The notes below the pieces were generated by a model, which saw only the letters and a program-made list of their open reading frames with translations, had not been told where the DNA came from and searched no databases. From Macrostomum lignano (taxonomy: Eukaryota), in NCBI GenBank assembly GCA_002269645.1, contig NIVC01000734.1, positions 186,001-250,000 of the forward strand: a DNA stretch of 64,000 nt, given 5' to 3'. Below, piece by piece: positions 63,822 through 64,000 of the stretch. How positions within the stretch are numbered: position 1 is the stretch's first letter; each line of letters begins with the position of its first letter. The position numbers and the translations under genes are program-made.

Positions 63822-64000
63822 CAGGCGCGTCGCCACCGGTGGGGGACAGGGGGGACATGCCCCCAGTGTAAAAGCTATGCGGGACAGGGACATGCCAATT
63901 CTTTGTCCTCCCACCCCACCTTGTGACCCGTTGTGGCAAATCAATGGTTTTTCTTCCGGGCGCCAAAAAGAAGCGACTTAATTCTGCGCCAAAATGAGTG
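63822..64000. mobile_element. Second, inverted member of the same hAT-type family (runs off the window)
   Basis: Starts CAGGCGCGTCGCCA. 63895-63970 is near reverse complement of 62290-62375. Confidence 0.75.

Overview
This is animal genomic DNA, not prokaryotic: it has GT-AG introns, polyQ-rich coding sequence and dense micro/minisatellites. The style suggests a flatworm such as Macrostomum, which is inference only. Two host genes lie on the minus strand, and I assembled both by hand with phase-consistent splice sites. The first is FEN1 (4 exons, 61514->51290, 388 aa, catalytic residues and PIP box intact). The second is an 827-aa single-pass membrane protein (4 exons, 47576->32147) carrying the hallmark motifs of vertebrate CBARP/BARP, a Cav-beta anchoring regulator; its first three exons are not called as such in the ORF track. 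The left 26 kb is a nest of transposons. It includes a 14.2-kb CMC (EnSpm/Mirage-like) element (1229-15415, CCC termini, CA TSD) with a transposase and a divergent 8-exon accessory gene, apparently inserted into a related element. It also has a piggyBac flanked by CTAG instead of TTAA, foldback MITEs and hAT-type composites. Upstream of FEN1, a hAT-type non-autonomous element carries a DIRS/Ngaro RT-RNaseH fragment. The introns are filled with many unrelated tandem arrays, often abutting splice sites. I found no rRNA, bona fide tRNA or CRISPR.
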